Assembly: GCF_006345805.1 (NCBI RefSeq)
Contig: NC_043011.1
Coordinates: 29,834,464-29,898,463, forward strand
Length of the DNA: 64,000 nt
Source of the DNA: Octopus sinensis
Lineage: Eukaryota
Direction of reading: 5' to 3'
Shown here: positions 51,690 to 64,000 of the stretch, piece after piece
How the letters are laid out: each line of letters begins with the position of its first letter
Numbering within the stretch: position 1 is the first letter of the stretch
Position numbers and translations under genes: made by a program
Notes under the pieces: model-generated
What the model saw: only the letters and a program-made list of their open reading frames with translations
Told to the model about the DNA's origin: nothing
Database searches by the model: none

Positions 51690-52070
51690 TTGACTCAAGT
51701 ACATCAACATCGAAATAAAAATCAAATCGAAATTGTAGTTGTGATACCTATGCCGATGGCATGTAAAAAGCACCATGTGAATGTGGCCAATGCCAGCACC
51801 GTTTTGACTGGTTTCCGTGCCGGTGGCACATAGAAAGCACCAACTGATTGTGGCCACTGCCAGCCCCCCCCCCCCCCGGCACCTGTGCTGGTGGCATGTA
51901 AAAAGGACCCACTAAACTCACGGAGTGGTTGGCATTAGGAAGGGCATCCAGCTGTAGAAACACTGCAAGATCAGACTGGAGTCTGGTGCAGCCTCCTGGC
52001 TACCCAGACACTGGTTGAACCATCCAACCCATGCTAGCATGGAAAACGGACGCTAAACGATGATGATGAT
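51690..52070 (+). mobile_element. RTE-type 3' tail element (family D) with three upstream units
   Basis: Repeated GTG.CGGTGGCA..TA.AAAGCACC, then D tail. Confidence 0.7.
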
Positions 52071-52339
52071 AAGACAAAATGAAGTTGCTTGTCACCTGCA
52101 ACTTCCTTTCATCTATTTTCATGATGCCCACAAAACAGATGTGACAGTATCTCACCTCCAACAACAGATAGCAGTCACCATATTTTTTCCATGCTTGATA
52201 TCTCGAAGGAGTAGGAGCCCTGTTAGCTTATATCTATTCTTCAATGCAAAACTGCTAAATATAATTGGCTGAAATGGATCTACAATACTGAATACTCTGA
52301 TTAATATATCCGCTCTATTGGCAAATATACAAGTATATA

Positions 52340-52725
52340 GCAGGAGTGGCTGTGTTGTTAGTAGCTTGCTTACCAACCACATTTTTTTCCGGATTCAGTC
52401 CCACTGCGTGGCACCTTAGGCAAGTGTCTTCTACTATAGCATCGGGCCAATCAAAGCCTTGTGAGTGAATTTGGTAGACGGAAACTGAAAGAAGCCCATC
52501 GTATATATGTATATATATGTGTGTGTGTGTTTGTCCCTGTAACTTTGCTTGACAACCAATGCTAGTGTGTTTACGTCCCAGTATCTTAGCAGTTCGGCAA
52601 AAAAGTGACTGATAGAATAAGTACTAGGCTTACAAAGTATAAGTCCCGGGGTTGATTTGCTCGACTAAAAGGCGGTGCTTCAGCATGGCCGCAGTCAAAT
52701 GACTGAAACAAGTAAAAGAGTAAGA
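52340..52725 (+). mobile_element. SINE family A
   Basis: Complete head and tail. Confidence 0.85.
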
Positions 52726-53550
52726 AAGTGTCAAATGCACACACGTATACACACACACACACACACACACACACATAAACTCACCTATTATAAAGCAAAT
52801 AATATCAACTCTACCTCATATGTGTATGTATGTTGAAATAAATATGTGTGCATGTATGTATGTATGTATGTATGTGTATATGCATATAAGTATGTGTATA
52901 CATATTTCTTCAAACACTCAAACCATGGAAACCTGAAAGACTGATTCATACCAACAATTAAATTAAGCCAATTAAATATATTTTTTATGCTCTTCATGCT
53001 CTGCTGCAAGGATTTTTAATGTCTAACCTATGATATTATCTGCAAGCACACACACACATTATTTTCACACTTCTACAAGTAAGATATCTCACACTTGTAG
53101 AAATATCAAATTAGCAAAAGAATTATATGATTTCTTGACAAATGACGGGACATAATTTTTACTTTAGTAGACATATATGCATTTATATGTGTACACACAC
53201 ACACAGCAATATATATATATATATATATATATATTTATTTACATATATATTTGCACACACATGCATACACACACACATACACAGACACACATAGATGCAT
53301 GCACATATATAAATATATACATGTATATACATACACAAACACACACACATATAAGCACCTATATATATGTATGTATGTATGTAAATAGATATAAAATTGC
53401 TGAAAGAAAATATAAATAAAAAACATAAATTATAAATAATTTTAAAAAACACATTATTTCTAATTTTTTGTTTTCTCACTTTTTTTTTTGTTGCTAATAT
53501 GTGAATTTAAGCTTCATGAAATTAATGATGGCAATAATGATAATAATGAC

Positions 53551-53612
<62 letters not shown>

Positions 53613-53684
53613 TAAAATAATAATAATAATAACAATAATATTAATGATAATAATAATAATAATAATAATATTAATGATAATAAA

Positions 53685-54904
53685 TGCTTTGATGCATTAC
53701 TAGGCAGTGGCTCTCATTGTTGCTTCTGATCATCTCTGATTGGAAGTGTTATCATGTATGTTTTGAACTGGTGTAAAAGATGGGCTACAGCAAATATCCT
53801 GCTCAGTACCTTGGATTTACTTGTTAGTTTCTTGACCATCACCAATTGAGCATGTCCCTTAGTGGCAGATGATATGATCATGAGCGGGAGTAGTGGGAAG
53901 GTGGGAGTCATGACCATTTGCTGAGAGGAATTCTTTGGGTTTTGAATACTTTAACCTCTGGAGACATGGGTGTTTCATTCATCATCCTTAAACAAACCTT
54001 ATTCAGGGTCCTTTTGAGTGGCATGGGCCCCTCAGCCTGAAGAAAATTCTAACTGACCCTGCTTGCAAGGTTATGCACTGTTTATCTTGATATGAGATCA
54101 CCATGTCATTCATATATGGTTGCAATACATGTGTCTGGTGTACCAATGTCAATAGGTTGTCATGATGGATATATTGAGCTTCATATATTTGTAGCCCAGT
54201 GTCACTTTGATGGCATGCACTGCTCTCTCACTCAATAATAATAATAATATAATAATAATAATAATAATAAATAATAATAATAATAATAATAATGATAATA
54301 ATGACAATAATAATAATAATAATATAATAATAATAATAATATTAATGATAATAAATGCTTTGATGCATTACTAGGCAGTGGCTCTCATTGTTGCTTCTGA
54401 TCATCTCTGATTGGAAGTGTTATCATGTATGTTTTGAACTGGTGTAAAAGATGGGCTACAGCAAATATCCTGCTCAGTACCTTGGATTTACTTGTTAGTT
54501 TCTTGACCATCACCAATTGAGCATGTCCCTTAGTGGCAGATGATATGATCATGAGCGGGAGTAGTGGGAAGGTGGGAGTCATGACCATTTGCTGAGAGGA
54601 ATTCTTTGGGTTTTGAATACTTTAACCTCTGGAGACATGGGTGTTTCATTCATCATCCTTAAACAAACCTTATTCAGGGTCCTTTTGAGTGGCATGGGCC
54701 CCTCAGCCTGAAGAAAATTCTAACTGACCCTGCTTGCAAGGTTATGCACTGTTTATCTTGATATGAGATCACCATGTCATTCATATATGGTTGCAATACA
54801 TGTGTCTGGTGTACCAATGTCAATAGGTTGTCATGATGGATATATTGAGCTTCATATATTTGTAGCCCAGTGTCACTTTGATGGCATGCACTGCTCTCTC
54901 ACTC
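53685..54904. repeat. Perfect 671-bp tandem duplication of a ~550-bp non-coding element flanked by (AAT)n
   Basis: 53685-54233 reads identically to 54356-54904 by eye. Confidence 0.92.
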
Positions 54905-54946
<42 letters not shown>

Positions 54947-55094
54947 CATTTAATCTTTTATTTGTTTCAGTCATTTGACTGTGGCCATGCTGGAGCACTG
55001 CCTTTAGTTGAGCAAATTGACCCAGGACTTATTCTTTGTAAGCCTAGTACTTATTCTATCGGTCCCTTTTGCTCTGTCATGTCTCTGGACATGA

Positions 55095-55545
55095 CAGAGC
55101 AAAAAAGTGGCATGAACATAAAATCGAAGGCATCATCGAAAATGATAATGCAAAGATTCTGTGGGATTTTATGATTCAGTGCGACCATAAGATAGAGAAT
55201 AGGAAACCAGATCTAGTGTTAATTGAGAAATAAAGCAAATGATGCTGGATCATAAATATAGCATGCCCAGCTGACAACAAGGTATGCGATAAGGAAGAAA
55301 GAAAAGTCGATAGATGTGACAGGTTAGCTTGGGAGGTTAAGAAGTACATGGAACAAATAGGGGCTACAATAAGGGTTGAGTGCTTGGAGAAAACAGCACT
55401 GCTTGGAACCATTCAAATACTCTGGATGGTGCTCGAAAAATAAGGGGTGTTACCTTAGTTCACTGGTAGTGAACAGTTGACACCATAGTGCATCTCCAGC
55501 ATTAAAAACTGTGCAAAGACAATAAAATAATAATAATAATGATGA
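55095..55545 (+). mobile_element. R4/Dong-like LINE 3' end (RLE domain plus 3' UTR plus (AAT)n tail)
   Basis: KILWDFMIQCDHKIENRKPDLVLIEK..CWIINIACPADNKV.DKEERKVD resembles the R4-clade PD-(D/E)xK endonuclease; ends in AATAAAATAATAATAAT. Confidence 0.75.
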
Positions 55546-57229
55546 TGATGATGAGGAGGAGGAGGAAGAAACATTCCTGTTTGACATGATTAGATTCCAA
55601 ATTTTAAATGTCTACTTTGATATATTTTTAACTTGATAGATTTTGAACTATGCATGGGTGACTCCAGGTCTTTCATGAACAACTTTGCCTGGACTTGTGC
55701 CTCAGAGGGGAACTTTCTAGGTGCAATCCCATGGTCATTCATGACCGAAGTGGGTCTTTACCTAGTGGTAGCTGAGAAGTTCATTCTACAACTACATATG
55801 TGCACACACACACACAAACACATACACACACACAAACACATACACACACACGCATATATGAATAAATGTATATACTCATACACAGGCATGAATGAGAAGT
55901 GACATTTAATATAAGAATATAAAAGTTGAAAGTCAGTAAAGACAATCAAACCAAACTAGAAAACAAAAGACAGAGCTGTCTTTTTAGAAATTAGGTTTCG
56001 CAGAGAAGAGAAGATTTCTTCCAACAATGTGCAAGTTTCAAACCTGAAGCTGATTAATTCAAAGACAAATACTTTTAGTGGAAAAATGCAAAAGGAGAAA
56101 ATTTTTGCTAAACTGAATTTATTGAAAAATATTTCCTGTTGATAGCGTTGTATGGTTTCTAATTAGAAAATATATTTTATTTATTTTGTTTTCTATTTGT
56201 TGTTGCGCAAATGACTTTATTAATTCTCTTAAAACCTATCAACTTTCTACCTCTTTCGCAACTGTTATTTCCTTCCCTCTTTCTCTCTCTCTCTCATTTG
56301 GTTATCTCTCCCTCTCCCTCCCTCATTCTCTCATATATCTTGCTCCTGCTCTTTCTCTCTTTCATCACTTCTGTTTCTTTCTCTCTGGCCATCTCTTCCT
56401 TCCTATCTTTCCTCAGTTTCTCTATCTGTTCCTCTTCTCAGTTGCTCTCAGCAATATTTACTAATATGGACTCAATGGTCCTCACAGCTCTCCTCCTCCT
56501 CTCTCTCTCCCTCTCTCTTTCTCTTTCCCTCTCTCTTATTCTCCATCTCTTTTTCTCTCTCTCACTTTCTCTCTTTCAGTATATGTCTGTACATCTCTCC
56601 ATGTCTTTCTGTCTTTATTTTCTCTTTTTCTACTATCCTTCTCTTCTATTGCTCTAAGCAGTGTTTAATCTAATAAACTAATGATCCTTACAACACAGTC
56701 TCTGTCTGTCTATCTCTGTCTCTCTCTCTCTCTTTCTCTCTCCACCCTGCTACCCTACTTCTTTAAACAGAGTTCCCATTAACTACTCCTTTCTGCAACA
56801 AAGAACTTTAAAGAGATTCCAATATTTCCAGACTACTCGGAAGTTTCATAGAATCTTGGCAGGCAAACAGCATAAGGGAATAAACTGGATTGAAGCAATT
56901 ATAATCTAATTGAACTAATTTTCACTTTAATGTTAATTAATATAAATTAACCCTGCAGCACCTATTATTAATAATTCTTATTGCTTCAAATGTTCTACTT
57001 TTGTGAAAAGAAAACAACAAAACTAAAACCTCGAATGAGTTCCAAGGTTTCTTTATATATGAACAAAATTATTGCATCTTAGCATTTACAATATTTCACA
57101 ATTGTAGCAAGAATTTTTGGTGTTTTCCAGTTTTGTTGTTCCACTTGAAAATATTTTTGCTTCGCTGGCATGCTGAGAATTTAGGTATTATTGAGTTGAT
57201 AGTTATATTATAGTGTTTAGTTATTCAGT

Positions 57230-57775
57230 TGGGCATGGCTGTGTGGTTCGGGAGCTTGCTTCCTAGCTACATGGTTTCGGGTTCAGTCCCACTGTGTGGC
57301 ACTTTGGGTGGGTGTCTTCCACTATAGCCCCGAGCCGACCGGAGCTTTGTGATTGAATTCAGTAGGTGGAAGTTACTGCCGTGTGTGTATAGCTGCTCAG
57401 TGCCTCTCTGAAAGAGAGAGAGGGGTCTTTGGGACTCAGTGGTCCTTGATGGGCCTCATAGAGGCAATGATAAGTGACTGAGAACTTTAGGGATATGCTG
57501 TGGTTGGGAAGACCCATCAATCCAAGTGAAATTATAGTTGTGGGCGGTGCCAGTGTTGCGTAACTGGTACCCATGCTGGTGGCACGTAAAAAGCACCCCC
57601 TACACCCCCTACACTCTTGGAGTGGTTGGCATCACGAAGGGCATCCAGCTGTAGAAACCATTCCAAATCATATTGGAACCTGGTGCAGCTCCCTAGCATA
57701 CAGTTTTAAGTCAACCGTCCAACCCATATCAGCATAGAAAACGGACGTTAAATGATGATGATGATGACGACGACT
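57230..57775 (+). mobile_element. Chimeric element: family A-like tRNA head joined to RTE-type (family D) tail
   Basis: Head GGCATGGCTGTGTGG..GGGTTCAGTCCCACTG; tail GAAGGGCATCCAGCTGTAGAAAC...GGACGTTAAATGATG. Confidence 0.55.
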
Positions 57776-58364
57776 AATACGACGATGATAACGGCGGTGG
57801 TGGTGCTGTTGGTGGTGGTGGTAGTGATGATGATGAGGATGATGATGATGATGATGGTCTTTATGTTTAGAGTTGAATTCCTGCTATGTTCTACTTCACC
57901 TAACATTCTTCTGGATGAGGCAGAACAATAGATGAAGTTCTTTGTTGCAGAAAGTAGAATCTGATGTGAACTCTGCTTAATCCTCCTAACACCAACCTGT
58001 CTGGGATGGCACCTAGGTTTATAATCCTTTATCATTTATCATTTATCATGTGTATCTCATCAGGTTGAAGATAGGAAAGATGGCTTCCCCTTGCAAATAC
58101 TGATAGGGCACAGAAAGTATGTCAATAGCCAGTCAGAGGAGATGCACTGCTATATTTAGTGATTATTTAAGCAATGAGTTTGTGAATGATTAATGGGTTA
58201 AATGGGTGCTGATGAAAGGGGCAAAAACTTCCAGAATATGGCATATGTGCCCATTACCCTTTTTTCATCCTCCATGTCATTGTTTGTTTACATCTGATGT
58301 CTTGGATACGAAATATCGTAACAAAAATCAGTGCTGACTATAATTTCTTTTAAATATCAGTTGA

Positions 58365-58565
58365 GGGTGAAGTTGCATGGCTTAGTGGTTAGGGTTTCAG
58401 CATCATTCAGCAAAACACTTCATTTCACGTTGCTCCAGTCCACTCAACTGGCAAAAATGAGTAATGCTGCGATGGACTGGCGTCTCATCCAGCTGGGGAA
58501 CACATATACCATTGAAACCAGGAAACCAGGCCCATGAGCCTGACTAGGCTTTAAAAGGGTGCATT
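58365..58565 (+). mobile_element. SINE family E, internally deleted
   Basis: GCAAAACACTTCATTTCACGTTGCTCCAGTCCACTCA.CTGGCAAAAATGAGTAA. Confidence 0.65.
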
Positions 58566-58654
58566 TATTATTTTTTTTTATCGGAGAGGACACCTTAAAC
58601 AAGTGACATTAACCAGAATGAAGAATACATCTTTTATTTCAGGATTGCATTATA

Positions 58655-58955
58655 TACAGGGTGTCACACATTTCTGTTATGTAAGCCTTTTCAGATATGA
58701 TAAATAGTCAAAAATACAAATCAGTTCATATTGGATTGATTGTGAAAACAAATATATACAAAACTTATGCAAACATGTCTGTTTTCAAAGCAACCCATTA
58801 GATTAATGTTTGATTGGGTTGCCTTGGAAACATTATGTTTGTATAATGTTTTGAACATATTTGATTTCACAATTGATCCAATATTGACTGATTTGTATTT
58901 AAAAATGCTTATGTAATAGAAACACATGTCAGCCTTTATATTATGTAATCCTGTA
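58655..58955. mobile_element. Fold-back MITE with mariner-like ends (TACAGG...CCTGTA)
   Basis: Arms ~58715-58800 and ~58815-58900 are imperfect inverted copies centred on GCAACCCA...TGGGTTGC. Confidence 0.6.
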
Positions 58956-59158
58956 TTTAACTTGTGCTGTCCTTCGTTCTTGTTAATGTCGTTGTGTGGG
59001 CATTTGGTAAAAACACTTGCTTTCTAACCACATGCTTCTTAGTTCAGTCCCACTGCATGGCACCTTAGGTAAGTGTCTTACACTACATAGCCTTGGGTCA
59101 ATCAAAGCCTTGTGAATGAATTTGGTAGACAGAAACTGAAGGAAGTCCATTGTGTATA

Positions 59159-59200
<42 letters not shown>

Positions 59201-59204
59201 ATAG

Positions 59205-59390
59205 GGAGAGTTTACGAAAAAAACAAAAGATGAAGACAGTTGGTGTACAAAACAAACAGATGTATTAGTATAATGCTCAGGAATAGAAAAAGGCTTTTAT
59301 GTTTCGAGCCTATGGTCTTCTACAGAAAGGGACACAGAAAAAACAAGGAGAGAAAAAATGTGTGTAGTGGCTAACGATCTATCATGGCGA
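59205..59390 (-). mobile_element. PLE-type terminal repeat fragment (family of 24180-24372)
   Basis: Aligns by eye over ~170 bp with 24180-24372. Confidence 0.55.
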
Positions 59391-59409
59391 CTCAAGTTTT
59401 ATATATATG

Positions 59410-59441
<32 letters not shown>

Positions 59442-59722
59442 TATATATCTACATGTAAGTGTACCTCTCTCTGTCTATTTTTGTACCCCACCACTGCTTG
59501 ACAACTGGTGTTGGTATGTTTATATCACTGTAACTTAGCAGTTCAGCAAAAGTGTCAATAGAATAAATACAACACTTAAAAGAAAAAATAAGTACTGGGG
59601 TCAATTCATTTGACTAAAAATTCAAGGTGGTGCCCCAGCATGGCCACAGTCTAATGACTGAACAAGTAAAAGATAAAAGATATATCATACACTGATATTT
59701 GTTATTATTATGCCTAAAAATA

Positions 59723-60310
59723 AGGTGGCGAGCTGGCAGAATCATTAGCATGCCAGGCGAAATGCTTAGCGGTATTTCGTCTGCCGTTACGTTCTGAGTT
59801 CAAATTCCACTGAGGTCAACTTTGCCTTTCATCCTTTTGGGGTCGATTAAATAAGTACCAGTTACGTACTGGGGTCGATATAATCGACTTAATCTGTTTG
59901 TCTGTCCTTGTTTGTCCTCTCTGCGTTTAGCCCCTTGTGGGTAGTAAAGAAATAGGTATTTCGTCTGCCGTTATGTTCTGAGTTCAAATTTCACACAGGG
60001 CGACTTTGCCTTTCATCTTTTCGGGGTCAATAAATAAAGTACTAGTCACACACTGGGGTCGATGTAATCGACTTAATCCCTTTGTCTGTCCTTGTTTGTC
60101 TCCTCTATATTTAGCCCCTTATGGGCAATAAAGAAATAAGAATCATTAGCATGCCACTACATTCTTAGTTCAAATTCTACCATGGTCGACTTTGCCTGTC
60201 ATCCTTTCGGGGTTGATAAATTAACTACCAGTGAAACACTAGGGGTGATGTAATTGACGAGTGTCCTCCCCACAAATTTCAGGCTTTTTACCTTTAATAG
60301 AAAGGATTAT
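59723..60310 (+). mobile_element. SINE family B head-to-tail trimer
   Basis: Head AAGGTGGCGAGCTGGCAGAATCATTAGC, then three cores; junctions at ~59955 and ~60136. Confidence 0.82.
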
Positions 60311-60527
60311 TATGCTTTAAAATATTGTTATATGGTATTAACAATTCCATTATTTCCATTTCAGTTTTTAATTAATTTTACTTTCATGTGCCATTCATTT
60401 CAGTTCAGCCACATTGGGGTAGTCTGCATGTTGCAGTGGCATTATGTTTTATTTTAGTGGCTATCTTTGTTTTTAGACTTTTACCTGTCTCAAAATCAAG
60501 CCTTTACTTTCAAATATTCTTCAACTA

Positions 60528-60937
60528 GGTGCAGGAGTGGCTGTGTGGTAAGTAGCTTGTTTACCAGCCACATAGTTCCAGGTTCAGTCCCACTGTATGG
60601 CACCTTGGGCAAGTGTCTTCTACTTATAGCCTCGGGCTGACAAAAACCTTGTGAGTGGATTTGGTAGACGGAAACTGAAAGAAGCCCGTCTTATATATGT
60701 ATATATATATGTATGTTTGTGAATATGTTTATGTGTCTGTGTCTGTCCCCACAACATTGCTTGACAACTGATGCTGGTGCGTTTACGTCCCTGTAACTTA
60801 GCAGTTCAGCAAAAGAAACTGATAGAATAAGTACTAGGATTCCAGAGTATAAGTCTTGGGGTCGATTTGCTTGACTAAAGGCGGTGCTACAGCATGGCTG
60901 CAGCCAAATGACTGTAAACAAGTAAAAGAGTAAAAGA
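60528..60937 (+). mobile_element. SINE family A
   Basis: Complete head and tail. Confidence 0.85.
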
Positions 60938-61384
60938 GTAACTACAAACCAATTACTGATGTGCAAATTCTTGGTCTCCAACCACTGTTACAATAGTTCT
61001 CACAAACAATCAAAGAAGAATCTATGTGGTCACTTGACTTGCAAGGAAGAGCAGTGAAATTTCCTGCAAATTGTACCATATTGTCTTTGAAAATAAGTAA
61101 ATGATGCATTAGAGAATATACAATTCTACTATGCCTAAATATGATGCAGAATGGTCACAGCTGGAATATTTTTTGATGTTTCTGAACTCTGCTTAAACAG
61201 ACATGGTCTGAGGTCAAACAATGATAAACCATGACCCACTGAACTTTATATAAATGCTAAACTAGACTGAACTTTAGATATAAGCTGAACTCTGTATATA
61301 GACAGTGAATTGGCAGAGTCATTGAATACAGGGTAAGATGCTTTGTGATATTTGTTCTAAAAAGCAAAGCTGACCTTGGTAGTA

Positions 61385-61545
61385 TTTGAACTCCGTACTC
61401 AACTGGTACTTATTTTATCAATCCCGAAAGGATGAAAGGCAAAGTCGACTTTGGTGGAGTTTGAACTCAGAACATAAGGACGGACGAGATGCTGCTAAGC
61501 AATCCTTCTGACTTGCTAAAGATTCTGCCAGTTTGCTGCCTTGAG
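61385..61545 (-). mobile_element. SINE family B, partial
   Basis: CCCGAAAGGATGAAAGGCAAAGTCGAC core. Confidence 0.65.
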
Positions 61546-62094
61546 GAGAAAGGGGGAGGGGGAGGAGATGGGGAGGAGAAGGTGGAGGAGAGGAGAAGGG
61601 GAGTGATGGTGGTGGTGGTGGTGGTGGTATTGGTGGTGGTGGTGGTGATGGTGGTGGTAATGATGGTAGCATTGATCATGGTGATGATGATCATCATAAC
61701 AGCTGAATGAAAGAGGACAAGAGGACAAAAAGACAATAGAAATTTAGACGAGGATAACAATTTTTAGATTAGAAATGGCAAAAAATAAATTGAGACACTT
61801 TTTTTTATCGTTTTTTAGTTTCTGAGAAACAAAAACAATTTGGACAGAAATAAAATTTCATATTTTGAAAAATGTATTAACTGGGTAAAATATTATTCAC
61901 AGTCAGACAAAAAAAAGTCAAACAGGCAGACAGGCAGGTATGGGAATTGAACCACTGATATTAACAATTTCGAACAAAGAAACAAAATTAATTTGATATC
62001 GAGGGAAAGATTATGCAGAGATAACGGAGAAAACAGAAAAATGATTAAGAGAATTAGTTTGGAGTGAGGAGAGATAAAAAGAAATGAGACAAAT

Positions 62095-62545
62095 GGACGA
62101 AGAAGTAGAAAAGGAGGAGGAGAAGGTGAAGAAGAAGAAGAAGAAGAAGGAGAAGGGGAAGAGGAGGTGGAGGAGCGGTGAGAAGAAGGAAGAATAGGAG
62201 GAAAAGGAAGAGGAGAAGAAAGGAGAAGAGGAGAAGGAGAAGAAAGGAGATTAGGAGGAAAAGGAAGAGAAGAAGAAAGGAGAATAGGAGGAAGAGGAAG
62301 AAGAAGAGGGGAGAGAAAAGGAGGAAAAGGAAGAGGAGAAGGAGAAAGGAGAATAGGAGGAAGAGAAAGAGGAGAAGGAGAAGAAAGGAGAATAGGAGGA
62401 AGAAGAGGAAAAGGAAGAGGAGAAGGAGAAGAAAGGAGAATAGGAGGAAGAGAAAGAGGAGAAGGAGAAGAAAGGAGAATAGGAGGAAGAGGAAGAAGAG
62501 GAGGGGAAGAAGACTAAGAAGAAGAAGAAGAAGAAGAAGAAAATG
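62095..62545. repeat. Polypurine (GA-rich) minisatellite, ~33-36-bp unit marked by GAATAGGAGGAA
   Basis: Almost pure purine strand with a single T per unit; gives the spurious Arg/Lys ORF 62178-62546. Confidence 0.9.
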
Positions 62546-63039
62546 ACAAAGGGGTGAGAGTGGAGAATGACAGCAACAAAATCAATCAATCAATCAATCA
62601 ATCAATGTCTTTAAACAAATCTAAGATGTCAAAAATTGAAGAATGATGGAGAGAATTCAATAGAGTAATAAACAGGCATCATCATAAAAGAGTGACACAT
62701 AAATTCATAGAAATGAAAGAACACAAAAATAAGTAAAAAAAAAAGAAAAGAATCAAAAAGAGTGAAAAGGGTTAGGGTGGGGGGTGGAGAAAGAAACAGG
62801 AAAGATAAAAAGAAACAAAAGATATTAAAGCAGAAATAGGAAAAGAGAGGGAAGCCCTTAAAAGTACTTTTATTGGTTTCTACGTTGCACTTCAAAGAAT
62901 TATGTTCAAAAGGATCGGAATATGTGATATCATTTCATCAACTGATTTCTGTTTGTTGAGTCAATTTAATGGAGAAATTTCCTATTTCAGTCATCTGTTG
63001 CAATCGACCTATATATATATATATATATATGTGTGTATG

Positions 63040-63071
<32 letters not shown>

Positions 63072-63147
63072 GTGTGTGTGTGTGTATATTAGCATCATTG
63101 CACTCTGGCAGTATTTAATGGAAATGAGGGACAGACATGAAACTGTT

Positions 63148-63355
63148 GCTAGTGGCTGTGTGGTAAGTAGCTTGCTTAAAAACACATGGTTCTGGGTTCA
63201 ATCCCACTGTGTGGCACCTTGGGCAAGTGTATTCTACTATAGCCTCGGGCCGACCGAAGCCCTGTGAGTGGATTTGGTAGACGGAAACTGAAAGAAACCC
63301 GTCGTATATATGTATGTAATATATATATATATATACATACATACATACATATATA

Positions 63356-63398
<43 letters not shown>

Positions 63399-63612
63399 AT
63401 GTTTGTGTGTCTGTGTTTGTCCCCCCAACATCGCTTGACAACCGATGCTGGTGTGTTTACGTCCCCGTAACTTAGTGGTTCGGCAAAAGAGTCAGATAGA
63501 CTAAGGACTAGGCTTACAAAGAATAAGTCCTGGGGTCGATTTGCTCAACTAAACGCGGTGCTCCAGCATGGCCACATTCAAATGACAGAAAAAAGTAAAA
63601 GAGTAAAAGAGT
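63148..63612 (+). mobile_element. SINE family A
   Basis: Complete head, internal (TA)/(TG)n, tail. Confidence 0.85.
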
Positions 63613-64000
63613 ATTTCAACACATGGTCCTGAGAATACACACACACACACACACAAACACATGTACATATATATGCACGTATGTACGTATTCATGTATGT
63701 ATGTATTCATGTATGTATGTATAAATATGTCTATGGGTAAGTACGTATGTATCTACTTATATATATGTGGGGAGATGTACATGCAGATTCACACATACTC
63801 AAACACACAGACATATATAATAGACATATACAAGTAATACCCTGATAATTCTTGCAATCTAATATATATATACATACACACTCATATATACATATATATA
63901 TACATAGTATGTTTAAATATTTGTTGTGCAAGATTTTTTAAGGTTCTACCAAAAGGATAGGTTCTACCAATTATAGATTTGATAGGGTTGCCTGGCTTTT

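Noticed and set aside
56763-57980. The inverted arms as terminal exons of two paralogous genes (KGVVNGNSV* / KVESDVNSA*)
   Set aside because: The divergent orientation leaves only 1.1 kb, mostly SINE, for upstream exons; kept only as an inverted-homology finding.

Overview
AT-rich eukaryotic, repeat-saturated window with no confidently supportable host protein-coding exon; almost all listed ORFs are microsatellite read-throughs. The tRNA-headed SINE families and overall repeat style look like a cephalopod, probably Octopus (inference from recognition, not a database search). Real coding signal is limited to decayed transposons: Penelope-like (PLE; Naiad/Chlamys-type) GIY-YIG endonuclease ends (9180-9330, 10720-11349, ~32200-32450), RLE-type (R4/Dong/HERO-like) LINE fragments, a CR1/L2-type LINE 3' end, two Tc1/mariner derivatives and a Helitron PIF1-type helicase with an intact CTAG 3' end. 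There is also a fresh solo LTR with a 4-bp TSD nested in a Helentron/HINE-like element, plus many SINEs and MITEs. The strongest signal not in the ORF track is a set of self-cleaving ribozyme folds. Two type I hammerheads in the PLE 3' regions both carry the same non-canonical core (CCGANGA instead of CUGANGA). A canonical-core type I hammerhead sits inside a 478-nt terminally redundant non-coding unit (retrozyme/pLTR-like). Further degenerate hammerhead vestiges and a candidate HDV-like fold are also present. SINE and MITE boundaries are approximate (tens of bp).
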